This document shows positions 8,340 to 16,265 of a DNA stretch of 64,000 nt, piece after piece; within the stretch, counting starts at the first letter, position 1; each line of letters opens with the position of its first letter. The DNA is taken from the NCBI GenBank assembly GCA_902543855.1, contig CACBZW010000001.1:8979-72978 (forward strand), written 5' to 3'. The notes below the pieces were generated by a model, which did not search any database, was not told the DNA's origin, and saw nothing but the letters and a program-made list of their open reading frames with translations. The stretch comes from an uncultured Alphaproteobacteria bacterium (GTDB taxonomy: Bacteria > Pseudomonadota > Alphaproteobacteria > HIMB59). The translations under genes were made by a program, and so were the position numbers.

Positions 8340-8958
8340 AGGCAAAATCCCTGCACATCTAATTAAAAAATCCACTCCAATAGGTAGAGTTGGTTTTATG
8401 TTTTTAGATGAAGAGTCTATTGATTATGAGTTTCAGAAGGAGTTAGGGGAATATCAATGTTCTCTCTTCATACACTCAGATCACATAGGTACTCTTAAAG
8501 ATGATATTGATACATTACTAGAAACAACCGCAAGTGAGGTAAGGTCTAATCAACAAATATTTAAATCTTACCCTTATGAAATATTACATGGCGGTAGTGT
8601 TCAGAAGTATTTTGATATAGTAGGTTTTAAAGCTGAGCCTGGTGATATGCTTCTTAAAGCAAAAACTAAAGCTCACTTTAGAGATAGGAAAACTGGTTTA
8701 CTAAAACCAAATCCTATTAAAGTACTAGACCCGCAAGGTAATATAATGAAATCTGTTCCTTATACCCTTAAAGGTTCTAGAGCTAAAATAACCTACAATC
8801 TATTTCCTTGGAGCTTTGGTGGTAAAGCAGGAGTTAGATGTTCTTTACATGAAGTAAATTTTATTGAGTTAAAAGAATTTGTTTCAGAAGTAAATGTTGA
8901 AGATGCATCTACTCCCTCACAAAAAGTTGATACAGGGGAATATGGTATCAATAAATAA
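8332..8958 (+). CDS. T7 gp2.5-like single-stranded DNA-binding protein
   Basis: KAHFRDRKTG...VLDPQGNIMKSVP...GSRAKITYNLFPW...GVRCSLHEVNFIEL aligns by eye with the recalled T7 gp2.5 OB-fold core. Confidence 0.75.
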   Translation: MNRGKIPAHLIKKSTPIGRVGFMFLDEESIDYEFQKELGEYQCSLFIHSDHIGTLKDDIDTLLETTASEVRSNQQIFKSYPYEILHGGSVQKYFDIVGFKAEPGDMLLKAKTKAHFRDRKTGLLKPNPIKVLDPQGNIMKSVPYTLKGSRAKITYNLFPWSFGGKAGVRCSLHEVNFIELKEFVSEVNVEDASTPSQKVDTGEYGINK

Positions 8959-9086
8959 ATTAGGTGTGATTGATTCAGTTGAATCTAAAAGATTCTGTAA
9001 ACCTCTTAAAACGGGTTTTTTGAATCAAATTTAAGCACTTAAACAGTTTCATCTATTGTTCTTTAGTTTCTCAATAGGTGAATAAA

Positions 9087-9126
9087 CTAGGGGAGTTATG
9101 CTCGGTATCCTACCTCACTCCCCTAG
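9087..9126. terminator. Hairpin between the convergent ssb and int genes
   Basis: CTAGGGGAGT/ACTCCCCTAG 10-bp stem, 20-nt loop. Confidence 0.45.
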
Positions 9127-9135
9127 GATTAATAA

Positions 9136-10110
9136 CTATGATCCGAGGTTAAGCTTAGATGCTATCGTTGAGGCTCTTAGGTTTCCATAAACATTCATTA
9201 AAATATTAATATCTTTATGTCCGCTAATTACTTGCACATCTTGTATTGGCAATCCCTTCTCTAAATATCTGCTAATAGCCTCATGTCTTAAATCATGAAA
9301 GTGTAAATCTTTAATCTCGTACTTTTCTACTAGCCTTCTCCATTTAGATTTTAATCCCTCATAGTGTAAAGGTATGGGAAGTTCCATAGATTTAAGAATA
9401 GTTTTAGCCTTATTTGTTAATGGTATTTCTGAATTAATAGAACCATTTTTCCTTACAGGAATAACTAAAGTATTATCCTTAATATGTTCATCTTTTATTC
9501 CTAGAATCTCACCTCTTCTTAATCCTGTTTCTAATGCTAGATTTATTATATTCCGCATTATTTCTACTGTGTGATTACCTTTAGTTAGTAGGGTTAATTC
9601 TCTATTTGTTAATCTTCTAAAGCGAGGTTCTGGTCTTTTCATTTTCTGTAAATTATTGAAGATACTATCAAGAGGGTAGCCCCATTCAGTTTGAGCTACA
9701 ATCCACATATGTTTTACAACAGTTAAGAACCTTAACCATGTAGAGATTTTTCTTTCTTGAATATATTTATTTCTGAAATCTCCAATATGTTGGGGAGTTA
9801 TTTTATTTATTTTGTATTCTATTTGAGGAAATTCCTTCACAAATTTACTAAGTGAATATGCTTCCCACTTCCTAACAAAATCAGATTTTCTACAAGATAC
9901 TTCAATTAAATATCTATTAATTAAATTCTTTAGAGTAGGGTAGTTAGTATCTGTTTTGTAAGTTCCCTTTTGTATTTCCAATTCTTTCTCACTAATGAAC
10001 CTTTTAGCAAGTGCTTTGCTTGGAAATGTTTTCTTAATTGGCTTCAATTTAAATTCACCAATACGAACTATTGCTCTGAACTTCTTCCCTCTTTTTGTTA
10101 TTGTTCCCAT
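9136..10110 (-). CDS. int: Tyrosine recombinase/phage integrase (324 aa; true start 10110)
   Basis: GLRRGE, RKNG, HDLRH, SGH, VY catalytic set; AGGAGG RBS at 10117-10122; the ORF-track extension overlaps the tRNA. Confidence 0.93.
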   Translation of the reverse strand: MGTITKRGKKFRAIVRIGEFKLKPIKKTFPSKALAKRFISEKELEIQKGTYKTDTNYPTLKNLINRYLIEVSCRKSDFVRKWEAYSLSKFVKEFPQIEYKINKITPQHIGDFRNKYIQERKISTWLRFLTVVKHMWIVAQTEWGYPLDSIFNNLQKMKRPEPRFRRLTNRELTLLTKGNHTVEIMRNIINLALETGLRRGEILGIKDEHIKDNTLVIPVRKNGSINSEIPLTNKAKTILKSMELPIPLHYEGLKSKWRRLVEKYEIKDLHFHDLRHEAISRYLEKGLPIQDVQVISGHKDINILMNVYGNLRASTIASKLNLGS

Positions 10111-10124
10111 GTTGTACCTCCTTT

Positions 10125-10145
10125 GTGTACCCAAAAGTGTACCCA
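10125..10145. repeat. Tandem GTGTACCCA repeats, putative arm-type sites (right)
   Basis: Copies at 10125-10133 and 10137-10145, just upstream of the int RBS. Confidence 0.7.
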
Positions 10146-10191
10146 AGGGGCTACTGTGAGAAGAGCTTTGGTAAATTAACCTTGATAAATA

Positions 10192-10266
10192 TGGTGCCGC
10201 CGAGAAGAATTGAACTTCCGACCCCACCCTTACCAAGGGTGTGCTCTACCACTGAGCTACGGCGGC
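10192..10266 (-). tRNA. tRNA-Thr(GGT)
   Basis: GCCGCCGTAGCTCAGTGGTAGAGC...CTTGGTAA...GTTCAATTC...GGCGGCACCA cloverleaf with encoded CCA. Confidence 0.97.
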
Positions 10267-10286
10267 ACTTTTAAAATTATAGACTA

Positions 10287-10472
10287 TTAATACATATTAA
10301 AAAACATTAACAAAAGACATCCAGCTGTCAGGTATTTAGAGATTTCATAAATAATTTTCCATTTATTATTATTTTGACTCACACGCCATGTTGTAAATGT
10401 AATTGCCAAAAAAATAAATGATACAAACCACATTAAATTAGGGTTTTTTGTGAATTCGATAATAACTGACAT
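10287..10472 (-). CDS. Small membrane protein (2 TM)
   Basis: 61 aa, two hydrophobic segments. Confidence 0.55.
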   Translation of the reverse strand: MSVIIEFTKNPNLMWFVSFIFLAITFTTWRVSQNNNKWKIIYEISKYLTAGCLLLMFFNMY

Positions 10473-10474
10473 AA

Positions 10475-10663
10475 TTAATTCACAAGATAAAACTTATCTA
10501 CCAGATAGTTTATTGAAAAGACTAATCCAATCATAAATATCCAATATAGTTTTTTGTTTTTTCTAATAAAGGGTATCCCGATAGCACTGTATCTAAATAA
10601 TTTATGAAGTCCCCATATAATTAAGGGGATTAAAAACAACCAAAATATAATCTCCCAAATCAT
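10475..10663 (-). CDS. Small membrane protein (2 TM)
   Basis: 62 aa hydrophobic; 2 bp from the next ORF. Confidence 0.55.
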   Translation of the reverse strand: MIWEIIFWLFLIPLIIWGLHKLFRYSAIGIPFIRKNKKLYWIFMIGLVFSINYLVDKFYLVN

Positions 10664-10831
10664 TTTCTAAATTTAATTATTCCTTTTTTTATAAGACTAT
10701 CCATTTAATATCTGAACCAATACCTTTACGAAGTGATACCATTTAAATCCAAAAACTCCCTAATTTATTATCATTCACCAATTAATCTTCAACATATTGT
10801 AATTTTTGTAAAATGATGATATTTAAATTTT

Positions 10832-10912
10832 ATGGATAATAACAAACCAAAACCTGATTGTGGTTGTTCTTGCTCATGCTGTTGCACTTGTGGTGACGGT
10901 TGTTGTCAATAA
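10832..10912 (+). CDS. Metallothionein-like Cys-rich peptide (26 aa)
   Basis: MDNNKPKPDCGCSCSCCCTCGDGCCQ; 9 Cys; below the ORF-track cutoff. Confidence 0.6.
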   Translation: MDNNKPKPDCGCSCSCCCTCGDGCCQ

Positions 10913-10989
10913 ATAATTTTGATAAGAACAATTATTCCTAAAATAAAACCAAATATCACGTCTACGTATTTTCCTTTTTTTCTGGCCAT
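10906..10989 (-). CDS. Small single-TM protein (27 aa)
   Basis: MARKKGKYVDVIFGFILGIIVLIKIIY; positive-inside N-terminus. Confidence 0.4.
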   Translation of the reverse strand: MARKKGKYVDVIFGFILGIIVLIKIIY

Positions 10990-11067
10990 TAGATAAAAAG
11001 AAATTAAAGCTAGACTAATTACTACAATACTCGATAAGTTTGTTACAAAAGAGGAGGGCTCCATTTA

Positions 11068-11793
11068 TTATTCTTCCCATTTAAAACGATCGAAAGATTT
11101 AAAAATTTCAAATATTCCTTTTTCCCATTGTTTAGATATGTATTGATAATCGTCATCATTAATTTCAAGAGATTGTTGGTAAACTATTTCTGATAAATTA
11201 TTTTTATACACAACTAAGTCTATTGGCGGACCAACAGATAAATCTGCTTTCATTGTACTGTCCATACTTATTAACGCACATCTTGCTGCATCTCCAAGAT
11301 AAGTATCTGACTTGACAACTCTGTCTAATATTGGCTTACCATACTTTATTTCTCCAATGACAAGGTAAGGTTTGAATTCACTTGATTTAATAAAGTTACC
11401 CTGTGGGTAAACCAAATATAATTCTGACTCTTGATCTTTTATATGTCCGCCAACTATAAAAGTTGAACCTAATTCAATAGTCTCTTGATTAATACCATCT
11501 GGCGAGGAATGTTTAACATTTAATCTCCCAATATATTTTGAGATTTCATTTAAATTAAATAAATTATTTAAATTATTCCCATTTTTATCATCTTCTAAAT
11601 CTTTAGTAATCGAGTTAAAGACTGCTTGAGAAGTAGCTAAATTTCCTGAAGTTAAAATTATTATATTTCTATCAATGCCTTTATGGACATACATTTTAGA
11701 ATAAGAGTTAAAGTTATCTAGGCCTGCATTTGTCCTTCTGTCAGATGCAAAAACCATCCCTTCATTTACTTTTATTCCTACACAGTAAGTCAC
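11068..11793 (-). CDS. Proteasome-type protease (Anbu family)
   Basis: N-terminal MTYC (Thr nucleophile); SDRRTNAG; SGNLATSQ; GEIKYGKPILDR; SMDST; SVGPP. Confidence 0.9.
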   Translation of the reverse strand: MTYCVGIKVNEGMVFASDRRTNAGLDNFNSYSKMYVHKGIDRNIIILTSGNLATSQAVFNSITKDLEDDKNGNNLNNLFNLNEISKYIGRLNVKHSSPDGINQETIELGSTFIVGGHIKDQESELYLVYPQGNFIKSSEFKPYLVIGEIKYGKPILDRVVKSDTYLGDAARCALISMDSTMKADLSVGPPIDLVVYKNNLSEIVYQQSLEINDDDYQYISKQWEKGIFEIFKSFDRFKWEE

Positions 11794-11898
11794 ACTTTAA
11801 TTAAATAGCTAATTTTTTAAAAATACAAACGATTATTTACATACCTTCAATCTAAACTATGCATAACTACTAATAGTCATTTATAGTATTTTTAACCT

Positions 11899-13344
11899 GT
11901 GAGCATAAATTGGAAAAATTACAATTCAAAAAATAGCTATGATGAATATTTAACCCCTGAAAAAAGTCTCAGAAAAGAAGCTAAAGTAATCTCTAAAATA
12001 TTAAATAGTTACTCAATTAAAGACTTAGAGAGAATTGAACAAAATTGTCAAAGCACAATAAGTTCTCGTGGCATAAATTTTAAAGTTTACTCAGCTGATA
12101 AAAAAGCTGCAGAGGAAAAAAAATGGCCATTAGATATTATACCAAGGATTATTCTCAAATCACAATGGCTTAAGGTGAGGAAAGGTTTAATTCAAAGGTG
12201 TAAAGCTTTAAATCTTTTTATAAATGATGTCTATAATCAAAAAAAGATATTTAAAGACAACATTGTTCCAAAAGAATTAGTATTTAAGTCTCAAAACTAT
12301 CTCAAACAATGTGAGGGCTTTCATCCAAAAAAAAAGATTTGGTCTCATATTTCAGGAATAGATTTAATAAGAAACATTGATGGAAAATTTTTAGTGTTAG
12401 AGGATAACCTTCGTGTTCCTTCAGGTGTTTCATATATGCTTGAAAATAGAATGGTAATGGGGGAGGTGTTTCCTGAATTATTTACGCGTTATAGAGTTTC
12501 ACCGATCAATCACTATTGCAATAGACTCTACCATTGTATGTTAGATGCAATACCATATAAAAAAAATAACCCGACAATGGTTGTATTAACGCCAGGAGTT
12601 TATAACTCTGCCTACTTTGAACACTCATTTTTAGCACAACAAATGGGAATTGCTCTTGTTGAGGGAAAAGATCTTTATGTTGAAGATGACAAAGTTTACG
12701 TAAAGACTGTCAAAGGGGGATTAAGAGTTGATTGTATATATAGAAGGATTGATGATACTTTTTTAGATCCCAAAACTTTTTTTAAAGGTTCTTTGTTGGG
12801 TGTAGCGGATTTATACAAATCTTACAGAAAGGGCAATGTTGGGCTTCTAAATGCACCTGGAAGTGGGGTAGCAGATGATAAGGTTATATACTCATATGTT
12901 CCTAAAATAATTAAATATTATTTAGATGAGGAGCCTAAATTGGAACAAGTAGAGACATATTTATGTCACAATAAATCCGAGAGAGATCACGTAATATCAA
13001 ATATTTCAAAAATGATAGTAAAACCAGCTGATGGGTCTGGTGGTTATGGAATTATAGTAGGACCTAAATCTTCTAAATCTGAGAGAGAGGCATATATTAG
13101 AAAAATTTTACATAACCCAAGAAACTTTATTGCTCAACCTTTAGAAATATTATCAACTACACCAACTTTACAAGGGAATTTAATTGAACCTCGACATCAA
13201 GATTTACGACCATTTATTCTCTCTGGAAGGGAGACATATGTAACTATGGGTGGTTTGACTAGAGTTGCTCTTAAAAAAGGAAGCACGATAGTTAATAGTT
13301 CACAGGGTGGAGGCTCAAAAGATACTATGATTGTAGAGGATTAA
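11899..13344 (+). CDS. Circularly permuted type 2 ATP-grasp protein
   Basis: LEDNLRVPSGVSY; YNSAYFEH; YRRIDD; GLTRVAL; VNSSQGGGSKDT. Confidence 0.92.
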   Translation: MSINWKNYNSKNSYDEYLTPEKSLRKEAKVISKILNSYSIKDLERIEQNCQSTISSRGINFKVYSADKKAAEEKKWPLDIIPRIILKSQWLKVRKGLIQRCKALNLFINDVYNQKKIFKDNIVPKELVFKSQNYLKQCEGFHPKKKIWSHISGIDLIRNIDGKFLVLEDNLRVPSGVSYMLENRMVMGEVFPELFTRYRVSPINHYCNRLYHCMLDAIPYKKNNPTMVVLTPGVYNSAYFEHSFLAQQMGIALVEGKDLYVEDDKVYVKTVKGGLRVDCIYRRIDDTFLDPKTFFKGSLLGVADLYKSYRKGNVGLLNAPGSGVADDKVIYSYVPKIIKYYLDEEPKLEQVETYLCHNKSERDHVISNISKMIVKPADGSGGYGIIVGPKSSKSEREAYIRKILHNPRNFIAQPLEILSTTPTLQGNLIEPRHQDLRPFILSGRETYVTMGGLTRVALKKGSTIVNSSQGGGSKDTMIVED

Positions 13345-13347
13345 ATT

Positions 13348-14784
13348 TTAAATCTTTTGGTTCACAACTATAGTCTGATTTAAATTTTCAATTTCAAATA
13401 GTTCCTCATCTCCATTAGTCCATTTAATTTTAATCCTAAACTCATTTTCATTATCTCTAATTCCATAGTGAGCAACAGGCTCCATTTGACATAGATAACC
13501 TGATCCGGCATCAATTGTTTTTGAATGTGTTCTTTCATTTGTGTAAAGAGTTACTGTAGCTCCTCTAGCTGGTGCCCCATGGACATTTAAAGGTCTAATT
13601 CTTAAAAATGATCTTTTCTCATCATTATGGTATTTAAATAGAGTCAACGGTTGAGCACCGGACTCACCATGAGATAAAAGAAGCTCTAGCACCCCATCAT
13701 TATCTATATCTGCAACCGCTGCTCCAGTTCCAAGACCATTTGGCTCTAAAGCTTGTTCTAGTTTAATTTCTTTAAATTCTCCGTTTTCAATTATTTTATA
13801 AAGTCTATTTGGTTGACCTATGTTATTCAAAAACACCTCATCATAACCATCATTATCAAAATCAGCTGAGATTACTGTTCTAATTTTTGATGGCTCGTCA
13901 AAAGTAGAGTTAGCAATGTTTTTAAATTTATCGTTATCTAAAACGTAGGCTCTGTTAAAACCTTCCCAATTACTGTTTAGAATATCAAGCCTTCCTCGAT
14001 ACAGAATGTCAGATAATGCTGTACCTCTTCCATTTTGATAAATATCTTTAACATTCATTTGACTGGCGACATCTGAATACTTTCCATTTTGATTAAAATA
14101 AAGAAAATTTGGGCCTCTTTCATTAGCTGCAAACACATCTATTTGATCTGATAAGATATGACCAGCAACTACAGCTCTACCTCCTGTAACTTTATCAAGT
14201 CCCAGACTTGCAGCTAGATCTACAACTCTATTATCAATAAACTCATAAAATCTTGTTGGACCACCATAATTAGCAACATAAATACCATAATTTCCATTAC
14301 CCTCTCTGTCGACACAAACTACTGATCTCCCTGCTGTTAAATTTAATTCACTTTGATTAATTTTTTTTTCAAATAAATCCTCTATTGCATTCTGCGAATT
14401 TATTAAAAGCCTGTCCGAGTGCCTTTTCATTCCACTGTAAGTATCGGTGTTAAGAAAATAAATCTCCTCAAGACCATCTTTATCAATATCGCATGCCGCA
14501 ACTCCAATTGTAGATCTCTCTGGGTCAGAAAAAATATTATCAGTAATTTTATTTTCAAATCTTTCTCCATTAAAGCCTAAAGCTAAATTACTAAATCTAA
14601 ATCCGGTCACTATAAATTCATCATTACCATCATTATCAAAATCAGTTACAGCCACCCCGTAACTTAGTCTGGGACTTTGATCAGGCAATAAATGACTGAT
14701 ATTTTTGAAATAGCTTTTTTCTGCAAATACACTCATAGAATAAAAAATAAATAAAAGTAAAAACGGAAATCTATAAAATTTCAT
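13348..14784 (-). CDS. CRTAC1-like FG-GAP repeat protein with ASPIC/UnbV domain, exported
   Basis: Repeated DxDxDG motifs; GSGYLCQMEPVAHYG; signal peptide. Confidence 0.85.
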   Translation of the reverse strand: MKFYRFPFLLLFIFYSMSVFAEKSYFKNISHLLPDQSPRLSYGVAVTDFDNDGNDEFIVTGFRFSNLALGFNGERFENKITDNIFSDPERSTIGVAACDIDKDGLEEIYFLNTDTYSGMKRHSDRLLINSQNAIEDLFEKKINQSELNLTAGRSVVCVDREGNGNYGIYVANYGGPTRFYEFIDNRVVDLAASLGLDKVTGGRAVVAGHILSDQIDVFAANERGPNFLYFNQNGKYSDVASQMNVKDIYQNGRGTALSDILYRGRLDILNSNWEGFNRAYVLDNDKFKNIANSTFDEPSKIRTVISADFDNDGYDEVFLNNIGQPNRLYKIIENGEFKEIKLEQALEPNGLGTGAAVADIDNDGVLELLLSHGESGAQPLTLFKYHNDEKRSFLRIRPLNVHGAPARGATVTLYTNERTHSKTIDAGSGYLCQMEPVAHYGIRDNENEFRIKIKWTNGDEELFEIENLNQTIVVNQKI

Positions 14785-14842
14785 ATAATTGATACTATTT
14801 TTTTGATGATCTAGATTTAGATATGATTGGTACCACTATTTA

Positions 14843-15577
14843 GTGTATACAAAATTTCTGACTTTAATTAAAAATAATATCATTTTAGCTGTTATCACTA
14901 TCTTACTTGTATTGATTGTGAATAAAAATTCTTACTCAAGTGAAAATACAAAAGATGAAGCTTACTACTATGATACACTTGCCGAAAATTGGATTTATAT
15001 ATTTCCAGATGGAAATAGGAATGCTGCAGGACCGAAGTTTTTTAAATATCTTATAGATCAAGACCTCAGTTTTGAGGATTTTGTTGAATTCAATAAAAGA
15101 TATTGCCCAGTGTCCGGGTCATTGATAGCGCCTAGGTCTGAGCCAGCATTTATAAGTATGAATGAGGTCGACTCAGATAATAAAGTATGTGGAGATATGT
15201 ATCGTTGTTGTTGGCCATGTGTCTGTGATTCAATGAAATATGCAAAAGCTATGGAAATATCTCATAAATTTCAAGGTATTGAAGAAAGATTTACTGTTAT
15301 GACTATTGATAACCCCTGTGTTAAAGAAGAATTTCCACTTGAGGTAAATCGAGATTATTTTTGTATTGGAGAAAAGATGAATTTAGATCAAGTCTTTGCA
15401 GTTGATCAAAAAATGATAATTGGCTTATTGCACAAACCAACTAGTTGTAATAGCAGTGATCTTTTAGCAATTAACAACCACCCTGTAGTCGGCGAACAAT
15501 GTAAGATTAGAAACTCCACCAAAGAGGAGGAGCTAATATCAGGTATGGGGGATATTTTTATTAAATTATCTAAATAA
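14843..15577 (+). CDS. Cys-rich exported hypothetical protein
   Basis: N-terminal hydrophobic segment; 10 Cys including CCWPCVC. Confidence 0.7.
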   Translation: MYTKFLTLIKNNIILAVITILLVLIVNKNSYSSENTKDEAYYYDTLAENWIYIFPDGNRNAAGPKFFKYLIDQDLSFEDFVEFNKRYCPVSGSLIAPRSEPAFISMNEVDSDNKVCGDMYRCCWPCVCDSMKYAKAMEISHKFQGIEERFTVMTIDNPCVKEEFPLEVNRDYFCIGEKMNLDQVFAVDQKMIIGLLHKPTSCNSSDLLAINNHPVVGEQCKIRNSTKEEELISGMGDIFIKLSK

Positions 15578-15591
15578 ATAGAATTTAATTA

Positions 15592-16074
15592 TTAATATTT
15601 AGATTTGATTCCCGGACACTCGTCCATGAGATCCCACATTGCATTTTCAAATCTAGAGATGTCAACTAATATTGGAAAAATCATTGATGTGCTTGGCCCA
15701 GCTTCTAAACCCCAAACCCAAAGACTATCAGACACATCTACGCCATCAGTATCATATGCGTATAGCTCTTGGACACCAACTTCACCATTTAGAATAAAAT
15801 ATTCTCTACCGTCTTCCCCTGTCTGACTTGATGCTGAATTCCATAACGCTTTATTAAAATCATAAATTGCAATAGCGGTCATATCCATTAAAGGCTGGAC
15901 ATAAGTTATTATACAACCATCAATTTCATACTCATTTGTAACAGCTCCCCATCCACTATCACCACCAAGCATAAAACCAAGGGCATCATGAACGACGTCC
16001 TCGTTTATTCTAGAGAAAGCAGAGCTAAAACTAAAAAACAAAAAAGCAAAAAAAACAAAAATTTTTTTGAACAT
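15592..16074 (-). CDS. Hypothetical exported protein
   Basis: Signal peptide ending SAFS; acidic mature part. Confidence 0.7.
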   Translation of the reverse strand: MFKKIFVFFAFLFFSFSSAFSRINEDVVHDALGFMLGGDSGWGAVTNEYEIDGCIITYVQPLMDMTAIAIYDFNKALWNSASSQTGEDGREYFILNGEVGVQELYAYDTDGVDVSDSLWVWGLEAGPSTSMIFPILVDISRFENAMWDLMDECPGIKSKY

Positions 16075-16079
16075 ACGTT

Positions 16080-16265
16080 TTAATCCAATATTATATAATC
16101 TCCATAGAGTATAGTATTACTTCCCTCTAATCTATGCTTTTTAATTAATTTTACAGATTTATATTTATTACGTAATTTTTTTAATTCTAAGGAGGCCTCT
16201 TTTCTATATTTTTTGTTTTTCCACCATGATGAATTACCAATTTCTAAAGTAATTATTTTCTTCAT
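16080..16265 (-). CDS. Small basic hypothetical protein
   Basis: Translationally coupled to the upstream ORF. Confidence 0.55.
   Translation of the reverse strand: MKKIITLEIGNSSWWKNKKYRKEASLELKKLRNKYKSVKLIKKHRLEGSNTILYGDYIILD

Larger units (their letters stand above)
5377..10256. mobile_element. Integrative element in tRNA-Thr(GGT); putative minimal phage satellite (excised circle 4814 bp)
   Basis: 66-bp exact direct repeats 5377-5442 and 10191-10256; tyrosine integrase next to the intact tRNA; arm-type repeats at both ends; phage-like replication genes. Confidence 0.9.

Noticed and set aside
10111-10236. N-terminal extension of the integrase in the ORF track
   Set aside because: Overlaps the tRNA and arm sites; the AGGAGG RBS supports ATG 10110.
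5377-10256. Complete prophage or known defence system (retron, DRT, restriction-modification)
   Set aside because: No structural, lysis or terminase genes; the polymerase-like ORF has family A motifs rather than the RT YxDD; no methylase or restriction enzyme pair is evident.
10780-10905. Gln-rich minus-strand frame (QQPSPQVQQHEQEQPQ) after the TGA of the 27-aa ORF
   Set aside because: It has no start of its own and is the expected antisense shadow of Cys codons; no evidence for readthrough.
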